Shown piece after piece: positions 41,872 through 53,700 of a stretch of 64,000 nt of DNA. Under the pieces are notes generated by a model. The model was not told where the DNA came from, searched no databases, and was given only the letters and a program-made list of their open reading frames with translations. Numbering within the stretch: the first letter of the stretch is position 1; the number at the start of each line of letters is the position of its first letter. Source of the DNA: Fimbriosthenelais zetlandica (lineage: Eukaryota); the NCBI GenBank assembly GCA_977030845.1, contig OZ365114.1, positions 17,670,001-17,734,000 of the forward strand, in the 5' to 3' direction. The position numbers and the translations under genes were made by a program.

Positions 41872-44049
41872 ATGAGAATGCGAATCTTACCTACCAACTT
41901 CCTGGCAGGTATCGCCTTCGTTCTGGTCATATACACCGTCTTTTTCTATGACAACGCCTTGACTGATGATCAAGATGCAAAGAGTGGATCAAAAATAAAA
42001 CCGGCACACAGCCAGAAATCCAGAAGCAACAATATAGGGTTGGCTAAGGATTTTAATGAGACTGAAGTCAAGAACTTGCCAGGACGCTGGGAGTACAACA
42101 AACCAGAAAACTTGGATTTAAAAGCTGGAGCCTGGCAAATAGTAAAGGAGAAGAACGAGGAAAAGGATATTTATCTGTATTCTGCCTATCTAGATGAAAG
42201 GAAAACAATTGAACATCCAACAATCCGTGTGCTTGGTATTAAGAAGGAAGGTGAACAGGAAATGTTTTGTTTGCTTTGGTATGAACATATTGCAGTCCCA
42301 GACGTTGTCAGTGCTGTCAAAACTGTAATAGGCAAAGCGTTAACTGTTTCACCAGGAAAGGCATTCCATGTGGTAATATTCTCATGTGGCATACCAGATT
42401 CTGATAAGCAATCACCCATACAGGTGTCAATCCTGACAGACCTGGAAATGAACCCTAGCAATATTCTGCAAGTGACAGAGCCCGAAAAACCATTGGTTCC
42501 AATAGATTTTGGTCTCTGTACTGGCCCAATCAAAGACATTGAAACAAAGATGCTCATTGAATGGATGGAGATCCTCAAAATATGGGGTATTGGTGAAATT
42601 ACTCTGTACAACAGTACGCTATCCGATGAAACTGCTTATGTGGTGAATAGTTATGTCTATCAGGAAATCGTGGCTCTTAAAAGTGCTTCTCTGCTCTTTG
42701 AAGGCGAAGAGGAAGAAATACTGCTCCTTTACCAGACGATCTTTCTTAATGACTGTATGTACAGGAATCTTTATCGATACAAAGCCCTCATGGTCTTAAC
42801 ATTTGGAGAGTTGATTGTGCCAAAAACAGGCACAAATTACTTTGAAATGATAGTCGACATACAAAATGAGCAACCTTCCGAACATCCAGCAACTGCCTAC
42901 AGGGTTAGAAATGTTTTCTTTTATACGGACCTTCCTCCGCTCAACCCGAACACATACCTCATAACGCAGAAGTACTTATACAGAACTGATACTCGTACTG
43001 ATTATGGTGAACAAAATGGCAGAACAATATTTGGCCCACAGACATGTGTGGCTATGAACAGCCATAACTGTACGCTACTGGTGCCCAAATATGACGTTAA
43101 AGGCTCCTTGGTTTATGTCAAAGACAGTTTGGCTTTAAATCACAATTACGTTATGTGTGACTTGGACTCCAAATATAATGAACCAGGGTTATGTGCAAAT
43201 AAGACAGGTACAGTTCACCGTGATGAATCAATGACTGATTTTAATCTTGAGTTAATTTCAAAAACAGCAGAAGAACTGTTCAAACTTAACTTGGAACATT
43301 CTGTAATGGGTATTGCGCCACAACTTGACTCATCAGCAAATGATGCATTACAATTAAAGGCTGGACAATCATGGAAAGGAATGGACAGCCACGTGGATGC
43401 AAAATTATTAGCTACTATTCCGATTGACAGCAGCAATGGTGCAAAATTTACAGCTACAGGACATAACATAGAAGTTCCTGCAGGATCTCCTGGGCAACTT
43501 CCAATTGACGGCAGTATTGGTGCAAAATTAACAGCTACTGGAGGTAACCTAGGTGGTCATGCTGGAGTTCCAGAGCAACTTCCAATCGCAAGTAACTTGG
43601 CTGCCAAATTAGCAGCTGTGAGAGGCAAGTTAGAACGTCCTGCTGGATTACCCAAGAAACTGCCAGTGGCTAGCAGTCTGGCTGCAAAATTAGCAGCTTC
43701 GAGAACCAACCCAGGAGGGTCTCCAGGTCGACTAGCTTTAAAATTGACATCAGCAGGAGGCAAAGCAGAAGGGCTTGCTAGACTTGTTAGTCACCAGGGT
43801 CAATCTGCTACTGCAGCCACGTCAGCGAATCTTGTACCGCATCGTCCTGGAGTCAATGCAGACCTTCCTGCCAAGGCAACTATAAATGATGTCCTTTCTT
43901 TGCAAGCAGCACTTCAAGCTCAACCGGATTCACAATACCTTCAGAAATTAGCTGCAGCTGCCTTGAAAACTTTAACTGCAAAAGACAATCTAAAGCCTCC
44001 AGGCATCAATAAAAAATTGACAGACCAAAATGGAAAAAGTACACACTAA
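41872..44049 (+). CDS. GT92-family (galt-1 / DUF23-type) glycosyltransferase-like type II membrane protein, 725 aa, single coding exon, DxD motif absent, C-terminal repeat tail
   Basis: Uninterrupted ORF; N-terminal signal anchor FLAGIAFVLVIYTVFFY; GT92-like blocks LYSAYLD.R..IRVL, CLLWY, FSC, FGLCTGP, LIEWMEILKIWG, Q..LNDCMYRN.YRY. Acceptor ttattccag just upstream (~41858) implies a 5'UTR intron; AATAAA at 44148. Confidence 0.85.
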   Translation: MRMRILPTNFLAGIAFVLVIYTVFFYDNALTDDQDAKSGSKIKPAHSQKSRSNNIGLAKDFNETEVKNLPGRWEYNKPENLDLKAGAWQIVKEKNEEKDIYLYSAYLDERKTIEHPTIRVLGIKKEGEQEMFCLLWYEHIAVPDVVSAVKTVIGKALTVSPGKAFHVVIFSCGIPDSDKQSPIQVSILTDLEMNPSNILQVTEPEKPLVPIDFGLCTGPIKDIETKMLIEWMEILKIWGIGEITLYNSTLSDETAYVVNSYVYQEIVALKSASLLFEGEEEEILLLYQTIFLNDCMYRNLYRYKALMVLTFGELIVPKTGTNYFEMIVDIQNEQPSEHPATAYRVRNVFFYTDLPPLNPNTYLITQKYLYRTDTRTDYGEQNGRTIFGPQTCVAMNSHNCTLLVPKYDVKGSLVYVKDSLALNHNYVMCDLDSKYNEPGLCANKTGTVHRDESMTDFNLELISKTAEELFKLNLEHSVMGIAPQLDSSANDALQLKAGQSWKGMDSHVDAKLLATIPIDSSNGAKFTATGHNIEVPAGSPGQLPIDGSIGAKLTATGGNLGGHAGVPEQLPIASNLAAKLAAVRGKLERPAGLPKKLPVASSLAAKLAASRTNPGGSPGRLALKLTSAGGKAEGLARLVSHQGQSATAATSANLVPHRPGVNADLPAKATINDVLSLQAALQAQPDSQYLQKLAAAALKTLTAKDNLKPPGINKKLTDQNGKSTH

Positions 44050-44859
44050 TTGCACCGGATGATCAAATTAGAAAATAATTTAGCAACTATAGAATGATCT
44101 GTATTTTTTATATAAATATGTGTCTCCGAAGTAAATAATACAAGTATAATAAAAATAAGTTCTGCTGGGGTAGAGAGTTAATATTAAAAATTAATTATTC
44201 TGCCCTATTGTCATATTTCTGTGCATGCTTGTATTTTATTCATTGGCCATTATAGCCCACAGTCAATAATTAGGCATATAATATTATATTGCTCTCAGTA
44301 GCCCATAATAAGCAGATAGTAGCTAGTGATCTAACAATGTAGAATCAAAATGGTGGGCCTACTCTTAAACATTTATGTTGAACAACATAAAAAAAGAACA
44401 AGGTCCCCACTTCAATTAACGCGACCGTATCTGACCCATCTTGACCTGCACTTCCTGCAAACCCTTATATATTATGGGTAGGCTATGTTGTCCTTTCCAT
44501 AAAGAGATAGTGATAGTTTTATAGGCGTATACCCTAAGGCTTATGTTAATTGACCTCCACTTTGTTCGTATGGTATAAACGGCAGCCTAATATAGCCTAC
44601 CTAGACAGTCTAGACCTAGGCATTGCCGTTAAGGGTAGCCTGTTAGGCCTATAGTTCGGCCTACTGTAGCCTACCGGTAACGACAGTTGTTGCTTAAAGT
44701 TAAAGGCCCCATACTGAACATTGTGATGTACCGGTAGGCCTATCGGTAGGCTTAACTGATAGGACTACAGTAGGCTACAGGTCTGTAAATGATAAAATTA
44801 AGTCCTCAATAAGGGGTGGGAAGTCTAGCTTGTGAACCATCACTTGGCGGGAAAAAGAT

Positions 44860-44935
44860 GCACCTGCTGCCACCACTTGGCAGACACCTGAACCAGAGGA
44901 ATCCCCTAACCCAGTTCTGAGCTATTTATAGCACA
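44860..44935 (+). promoter_or_regulatory. Proximal promoter of CBR copy 1: E-boxes, CTCF-like motif, TATA-like box
   Basis: cacctg (44861, 44886), ccaccacttggcag (44870-44883), tatttata (44923-44930) ~105 nt upstream of the ATG. Confidence 0.4.
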
Positions 44936-45032
44936 TGACAGGGTTATCCCCAACGACAGCCTCAGCCGGTCGCGGAGGCGAGCATCATCAACAAAGGGGC
45001 AGCAAGCCCGATTCTCCCAATTCTCCACCAAA

Positions 45033-47910
45033 ATGGCAAGCAGGAAGGTAGCTGTGGTAAGAATCAAAATCACCTTTCTACTCATTTTTCCGTTTGATCA
45101 CTCCTCCTTCGTCCTTTTCATTTCATTTTCTCCCAATTCGGTCCAGGAAGGAGATGGTAATGCTGCAGGCTAAATGCGATGCGGCAAGGCAGCATCCATT
45201 CAAACATGGCATGCCATTACAATGCCCGGTACTATCAATAGGCCTTACCTCCCTTTATGGCAAGGAAAGAAAAGCATTGTTCTCCTCTATTTCCCTTCTG
45301 ATCATGATTATTTTTGGTGCATTCGAATCCCTGTCATCTGCCTGTTCTTATTTGACCCTTTAATCATACATGATGGATGGGATGAGACATTTGTAGGCCT
45401 AGTACTAGTAGGCTAGGTGAAATCAGAGTTGAGACATGAGACTGAGAGGTTAATGCTCTGTGTGTCGCAGTGTGTGTTTTGCCTTGTGTATTGGGGGTGA
45501 ATCTTGGCTTATCCATCACATTGGTGACCATGATAGGGCTAATACTACTAGTCATGTATAACCTAGTGGGTTCTAAGTAGACTAGAGGGTCTACATTTAG
45601 AAGGCAGGGGGTCAATGAATGAAATCGTGAATTTTGGGAATAATATTATGTTAATGAAATAAGGTCAGAAATAGCACATGTCCCTGCATTTTAATAAATC
45701 CGAATCACATCCAACCCGATTCAGGTTTGTTCAGGTTTGCATAATAAGACAATTTAGCATACCTATCGTAAATCTACATTAAATTACCGTATGTAGGCAA
45801 TCAATATAGCCTATCTAAGGTCTAACCGACCATTTTATAGCCTAGACTAGCTAACATATTCTATTATAATTTTATAATTCATAATTATTTTAATTTAATG
45901 GACCATGCTAGAGGCCCTTCAGGCCTTGATTTAATTAGCCTCTTATTATAATTTACATTATACCCAGGAGCCATAGGCCTAATTACCATTTCTTTCATTA
46001 ATATTTTATTCTCTAATCCTTCCAATCGTCCGTCTGTTGTCTTTTCGACCTAATAAAATATAATAAATGCCCCTACACTGTTTATATGAACCTGTTTCAT
46101 AACCATAGAATTTGCATTGTTATTAAACAAGCCCCAGTGTAATATGTTCTTCCCCCTTAGTCCTACTTGTGGAATCAATATATATGTCTTAATTATTGGT
46201 GTAACATTTTCTCTTTAGGTAACTGGTTCCAATCAGGGCATTGGCTTAGCCATTGTACGCGGTCTGTGCAAACAGTGGGATGGTGACATCTTCCTTACTG
46301 GTAAGCACTTAATCCCTCTTCTGAAATTTATAACCAAACAATTTTAAGCTTTATCCAAGGAAAGTAGACCCCTGAGAACACCCGTTGATTAATGAATTGC
46401 CTTGATTTTGTCCCGATAGCCCGCAATGTTGAGCGTGGGCAGAAGGCTGTGGCTGAATTAGAAGGTGAAGGACTTCATCCCAAGTTCCACCAACTGGACA
46501 TCCTCGACCGTGGAAGCATTGAGAAACTGCGTGACTTCCTTAATGAGAATTATGGAGGACTTGACCTTCTTGTCAACAATGCTGGCATTGCTTACAAGGC
46601 AAGTTTTTAACAGTTACAATCACCTTATAAATTTGTCATTTAAAATTAAAACAAAAGTTAATCCACTGGAGGAAACAACATTTAATAAAGAGTCTATTTT
46701 TTACATTTTTTAGATGAGTTCCACAGCACCTTTTGCTGAACAGGCCGAAGAGACGATGAGAACCAACTTTTGGGCCACTCTGGATGTATGTCAGACCTTA
46801 TTCCCCCTCCTGCGTCCCCATGCCCGGGTTGTGAACATATCCAGCATGGCTGCTGCCAGTGCTGTATCTAGAATGAGCGATGCTAAGAGACAGAAAGCTG
46901 TCACTTGTAAAACACTGAAAGCTCTCCAGGCTTTCATGAATGAGTTTGTGAAGTAAGTCTATTTTCCTTGTCTCAATTAATTTATAAGGAGATATCTATA
47001 AGTCAGATTTGGGTTATTATAATGATAATCCCCAAAATTTAGTGAAGAAAATTGAGTCTAATAATCTTGAGATGTCAAGTCATACTTAACCCTACGTGAT
47101 AAATGTTAATTGTTATCCCCCTAGAAACGCACATTTGTATTTGCTTCTTGGATATACAAATCAATACATTTGTAATAAAGCACTTATGAATGTATGACAT
47201 GCAAGAAGCAGACTGAAGTCTATATTGGTGGTGGTGGTAATGTAGCGCTTCAGGCAGATGAACACATTCAATCGTAAAATTCAATTGAGAAGTTGAAAGC
47301 CTGATTATTCCATTATGTTTCAGTATCGCTTAAGTCATATGGTAGGTTTCAAAGACATTGTAGTCGGCTTGAACATTAATTTTACTGATGTTGTGTTTCA
47401 GAGATGCTAAAGCAGGCGATCACACTAAGAAAGGCTGGCCCAACTCAGCCTACGGCATGACTAAAGTGGGGGTCACTATAATGTCCAGCATACAACAAGG
47501 CCAGGTCAATGATTCAGGCAGGGAGGATATTGTCGTCAATTCGGTACGTTCAAAGCCTAGATTGAGCCCTATTTATTTTTTTCCATCTCTTTTCTAGATT
47601 GTTAACAAATCAGTAGACCTCTGTTGTTTAATTAAATTATGTTCTCCTAATTTCCAGTGCTGCCCAGGGTATGTCTGCACAAACATGTCCAGCTACAAAG
47701 GGCATCTCACTGTCGACCAAGGTAAATATATGCTTCTTTTTCTTTCTATTTAATCATTCATAGCTATGTAATGCCAATGTAATAACAAAACCTGTAATAT
47801 TTTGTTGATCAGGTGCTGTGACACCACTTTACTGCGCCCTGCTTCCCCCGGATATAAAAGAACCACGTGGAAAATTCCTCCGAGAGAAAAAGGTGGCACC
47901 CTGGCACTAA
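45033..47910 (+). CDS. CBR1: Carbonyl reductase [NADPH] 1-like SDR, copy 1, 275 aa, catalytic S/Y/K intact
   Basis: Exons 45033-45056, 46219-46300, 46420-46598 (GC donor AAG|GCAAGT), 46714-46952, 47402-47543, 47658-47721, 47813-47910. Motifs VTGSNQGIG, ARNVERG, FHQLDI, NNAGI, VVNISS, GWPNSAYGMTK, CCPGYV, PW-stop. Confidence 0.95.
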
Positions 47911-48693
47911 TCAGATACTCCCATTGGTTTCCATGGCAACTAGGTATACTGACATTCACAGAGTCATATGACGGACAGATCTTAATCTATCATGTAGCGG
48001 GAATTTTTAAAAGCGTATTCGAATTATTCAGAATTGAATATAAATATGTAAATTAGTGTGATCTTGTACAATACCAAATAAAATCGTGTCAACTTTCAGA
48101 TTGTTGTCGTGTACATTGTTAATTTTCATTCAACCCATGCCTGAATACTATAATCTAATAGACTGAAAATAAAATGAATACTTTTATTGCCCGTTTCAAT
48201 ATACCTTTTTCATAAATATAGTTCAGCTTCCTTAAGTCAAGTATTATCTGTCTATCAGCTATAAAAATACACCAGAGTGGCGGTCTCAAATGACAGTCTC
48301 TAACAAATGGGCCTATCTCCCACTCATAAGTGGGGAGATACCAAGGGAGGGAGGGGAAAACAGTGAGCTGTGAGGGAGGGAGGAAGTTGTGCAGGGTGAA
48401 GGGTGAGCGGGGACCGGGGTGGGGGCGCATAATATTTCAAAAAGTAGGCATAATCCAAACAATGTGTTCCTTCTCGGAAATCTATACCTGCATACAATTC
48501 GATCACCCAATAAATTACCATGCACTATGCCCGTATGTAATATATTTCTGGCTACTGGCAAACTGATAAAAGGAAGAGTAGACAACTTGTGCATAGATAT
48601 ATTATCTCATGGCGAACTCTATAGATTACAATACCATGTCAACACCACGCTACCTACCACACATCTGTTTCGACATTATTAATCTACACTACA

Positions 48694-50761
48694 ATGTCGG
48701 TTAGGAAGGTCGCTGTGGTGAGTACAGACTGGTCCTTATCGTTTCACATACTATAACTGCCTATATTACAATGATATTTTGGATAAATGTGTGAAAGTCT
48801 CCACCTCTTATCATTAGGCTACATAATGAATACAATGAAAATGTTTATTAAACATATTTTCTCTTTAGGTAACTGGTTCCAATCAGGGCATTGGCTTAGC
48901 CATTGTACGTGGTCTGTGTAAACAGTGGGATGGCGACATCTTCCTTACTGGTGAGCACTAAATCTAATTATCAAGCATAATATTACAGGGAATTTATCAA
49001 ATGAAAGTAAAAGAAGAAAACTGGGATGATGTCTTATTTCTGTCCGAATTTAAGTTATTTTTTCAAAGATAGTATTTTAGCTGCCTTAATTACTGTTCGA
49101 CCAGATGTTGTTTGTCTATGGCTTAGAATGGAAAAGCTAGGATGTCTCATGTAAATCTACTACATGTAATACCTTCGATAAAAACATTTTAGTAATTGTT
49201 GTCTTTAAATTTATGTCAAAGCTCGAACTGTTGAGCGTGGGCAGAAGGCTGTGGCTGACTTAGAAGGTGAAGGACTTCATCCCAAGTTCCACCAACTGGA
49301 CATCCTCGACCGTGGAAGCATTGAGAAACTGCGTGACTTCCTTAATGAGAATTATGGAGGACTTGACCTTCTTGTCAACAATGCTGGCATTGCATACAAT
49401 GTAAGTTCTCAACTTTCCTTTTGCAAATATTAATTAAAGCGACTAAATCTTTTCCCATGCTTCCGACCCTACACTATTTTTTTAATTTTTGTTTGTTTTG
49501 TGTTTATTTGGGTGCATGTTTATAAGGTTTCAATCCGCAAATTTGGATCTAGGAAATGTCGAATGAAAGGTGTGTACACACCTTTTAACACATCTGGTTC
49601 AACACTTCAGTTTTCATTTATTAATTTTTAGGTGAGTTCCACAGCACCTTTTGCTGAACAGGCTGAGGCGACAATGAAAACCAACTTTTGGGCCACTCTG
49701 GATGTGTGCCAGACTCTGTTCCCGCTCCTGCAACCCCACGCCCGGGTGGTCAATGTTTCAAGCTTGTGTGTCCAAACTGCCGTATCTAAAATGAGCGATG
49801 CTAAGAAACGAAAAGCAATCGCTTGTGAAACACTTGAAGATGTCCAGGCTTTCATGAATGAGTTTGTGAAGTAAGTTATTGTTTAATGAAATACATATAA
49901 ACAGCTGTAGCTGGCAGCCTATACCTGATAATAATATTATAATCATATAGGCCTACATGTCATTTAATATGAAATAGGTCAGTGAAAACATAAATTTCAT
50001 TAATGGCTTTTACATACTGACATCTGCTCAATAATCATTTAACAACCTGTCAATAATTATGTCTTTCAGAGATGCTAAAACTGGCGACCACAGTGAAAAA
50101 GGCTGGCCTGACTCAGCCTATGGCATGACTAAAGTGGGGGTCACTATCATGTCCACAATACAACAAAGCCAGTTCGATGATTCTGGCAAGGATATTGTGG
50201 TCAACTCCGTAAGTTCTTCTTAGATTATCTCAACAAAACACAATATTTGTCAATTAGTTTTTTTTCTTTGACTGCCTATAGTTATGATCCCATGTGTGAA
50301 ATCGACCCTTGAATAATCTTGTTAAATATTTTCATATATTCAGGGTTGAACTTAACTAAAGCCTATACAATTTTACCTCTTGTAGTGTCTAAACTACTCA
50401 GTTATAGCTCTCTGTCATCCAATTGAATTATGTTCTCCTAATTTCCACTGGAAATTCTAGTGTTGCCCAGGTTATACATCCACGAACATGTCCAGCTACA
50501 AAGGGCATCTCACTGCTGACGAAGGTAAATTGAGTACACTATATCATATGAATGATTCCTAATTTTCCTAATTCTTAAATTCTGTTCTTTATTCAAGCAT
50601 TATTTCTAATCAAATAACAATTATATTAATGATAATGTTCAATGTATCCAATTGCTGTAACAGGTGCTGAGACACCACTTTACTGCGCCCTGCTTCCCCC
50701 GGATATCAAAGAACCACGTGGAAAATTCCTCCGGGAGAAAAAGGTGGCACCCTGGCACTAA
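48694..50761 (+). CDS. CBR1: Carbonyl reductase [NADPH] 1-like SDR, copy 2, 274 aa, catalytic S/Y/K intact
   Basis: Exons 48694-48717, 48869-48950, 49222-49400, 49632-49870, 50070-50208, 50461-50524, 50664-50761; all GT-AG; VVNVSS, SAYGMTK, CCPGY, GAETP. Confidence 0.95.
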
Positions 50762-53700
50762 TCAGATACTCCTCTACTGACATTGACCGAACATTGTCAG
50801 TCACATGACGGATATCTTACCTATCATGTTGCAGGAAATTAAATTAATTATATAAATCATGTAATTAAATCTTGCCCAATTCCAAATAAAATGGTGTCAA
50901 CTTCGAAATTTCTGTTATTTGCAGAATAGTATTGCACTGATAAATGAATAGTTTTATCTTATTAATTCCTTATTTCAATCTCCGTTAGCGAAAATATTGC
51001 AACATAATTATTCATTTCTAATTAAAAAGTTATTCATAATTGTATAAATCAAGTAATCATGACTACGTTAAGATCATAATTTTAATACTTCACGGTATTG
51101 CACTTTATCTTAATAATTTCCTACAAAATTTATATTCCATAAAATTTATGTTTGCACAGGTCTCATAAGTGGGTGAACCGAAAAGTGGGTGAACAAGAAA
51201 ATGGGTACAGCAAATAAGACTACATTTTAGAGGGTTGTCGTGACAGTATAATATATAGTTGCATTGAAGGGGACATACTAAGATATACCAGGCCTTTCTT
51301 TATTGTAATAATACGCACGTATGTACGACTAACATTCAATTATACCCGTTATTAAACTACTCGAGATCGATAAAGGGTACAATGTCTGGAAGAAAGGTAG
51401 CTGTGGTGAGTAAATCTGTTCCTTATCATTACGTGTGGATTTCGAGATTTACTTGCATGCCATTCGTTTGTATGCTCTTAATTCCGGTATTTATCAGTTT
51501 GAATCCCAGTACTGGAAGATACAGTTGGGTTGGCCCCCCTTTCTTCTCAATAAATAACCTTAGAAAAGTACATCTCTCATAATATTATAACGTCTCTATT
51601 GTTTTTGTAACATTTTCTCTTCAGGTAACTGGTTCCAATCAGGGCATTGGCTTCGCCATTGTACGTTGTCTGTGTAAACAGTGGGATGGTGACGTATTCC
51701 TTACTGGTGAGCACTTAATCCAGTTACCATGCATAAAATTAGCGAAAAGTTCAAACTGAGAATCTATTGCCTGGATTTGTTTTACTATATTCCTGTGGTA
51801 ATGTTATGATAAAACATACCTAATACACAGGTTAATGGTTCGTTAAAAAGTCTTGATGGCAAAAAAACATAACAAGCAGATTTGAAATCGAAAATCAAAC
51901 GATTTCAAAACTCATCCTTGCGAAAAACAAAACAAAATTGTTTTTATTTTTCTCTCAAAGCCCGCAATGTTGAGCGTGGGCAGAAGGCTGTGGCTGAATT
52001 AGAAGGTGAAGGACTTCATCCCAAGTTCCACCAACTGGACATCCTCGACCGTGGAAGCATTGAGAAACTGCGTGACTTCCTTAATGAGAATTATGGAGGA
52101 CTTGACCTTCTTGTCAACAATGCTGCCATTGCTTTCATTGCAAGTTTTCAACTATATCCTATATTGTATTATTAAATTATACTCATATTTTAATGAAAAC
52201 TATACTATTAAATTCAACAAATTGGTATTTTTTCTGAAGGGTTCCACGGCACCTATTGCTGAACAGGCTGAGAAGACCATGCAAACCAACTTTTGGGCCA
52301 CTCTGGATGTGTGCCAGATTCTGTTCCCGCTCCTGCAACCCCATGCCCGGGTGGTCAATGTTTCAGGCCTCCTCGCTAAAATTGCCATAGCTAAAATGAG
52401 TGATGCCAAAAGACAAAAAGCAATGGCTTATAAAACACTAGAAGATGTTCAGGCTTTCATGAATGAGTTTGTGAAGTAAGTTTATAAGTTTCTTTTGCTA
52501 ATTGAGTTTAAAGATATGTTTGATGTAGGCCTACATGCATGCAAATAAACTTGCATGCAGTTGTCGTCTTGCTCGGGCCCATGTCAAAAGGAACATAATT
52601 AGCAATATTAGCCAAGTCTATGGCTAGAATTCCTTTTGAAACGGGCTCCTGGTATGAAATATCCGATATATCTTTGGGGAAGTGAATGCACATATATAAA
52701 AGATCATTGAATGTCTAATATCGTGTTTTAGAGACGTTAAAGCAGGTAACCACACTGAAAAAGGCTGGCCTAGCATGCCTCTTGGCATGTCTAAGGTAGG
52801 GGTCAATATCATGTCCACAATACAACAAAGCCAGTTCGATGATTCGGGCAAGGATATTGTGGTCAACTCCGTAAGTTCTTAGATTATCTCAACAAAACAC
52901 AATATTAGTCAATTAGTTTTTTTTCTTTGACTGCCTATACTTATGATCCCATGTGTGAAATCTATACCCTTGAATAATCTTGTTAAATCTTTTCAACCTT
53001 CAGGGTTGAACTTGATTAAAGTCTATACAATTTTACCCTTTGTAGTGTCTAAACTACTCAATTATAGCTCTTATGTTCTCCTAATCTCCACTGGCAATTC
53101 CAGTGTTGCCCAGGTTATACATCCACGAACTTGTCCAGATACAAAGGGCATCTCACTGTTGACGAAGGTAAATTGTGTACACTATATCATATGACTGATT
53201 CCTAATGTTCCTAATTCTTAAATTGTTTTCGTTATTCAAGCATTATTTCTAATCAAATAACAATTATATTAATGATCGTTGGATATCATTCCCATCGATA
53301 ACAATGTGTCCAATTGCTGTAACAGGTGCTGAGACACCACTTTACTGCGCTCTGCTTCCCCCGGATATCAAAGAACCACGTGGAAAATTCCTCCAAGAGA
53401 AAAAGGTGGTACCCTGGCACATGCACTCCCATACTGACATTGACCCAACGTTGCCAGTCACATGACGGATATCTGACCTATTATGTTGCAGGGAATTACA
53501 TTAATTATATAAATCATGTAATTAAATCTTGCCCAATTTCAAATAAAATGGTGTCAACTTCGAAATAGTTTTATGAATAGTTTTATCATATAAATGCCTT
53601 ATTTCAGTCTCCGTTAGCGAAAATATTGCAACATAATTATTCATTTCTAATTTAAACATTATTCATAATTTTATAAATCAAGTAATCATGACGGCTTTAA

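Noticed and set aside
42186-43763. Antisense ORFs (141, 84 and 68 aa) inside the GT92 gene
   Set aside because: Shadow ORFs of a real coding strand; no recognisable motifs.
52006-52479. 157-aa ORF suggesting a frameshifted CBR
   Set aside because: It is an off-frame read of exon 3 through the 100-nt intron into exon 4; normal splicing at the GC donor gives an in-frame product.
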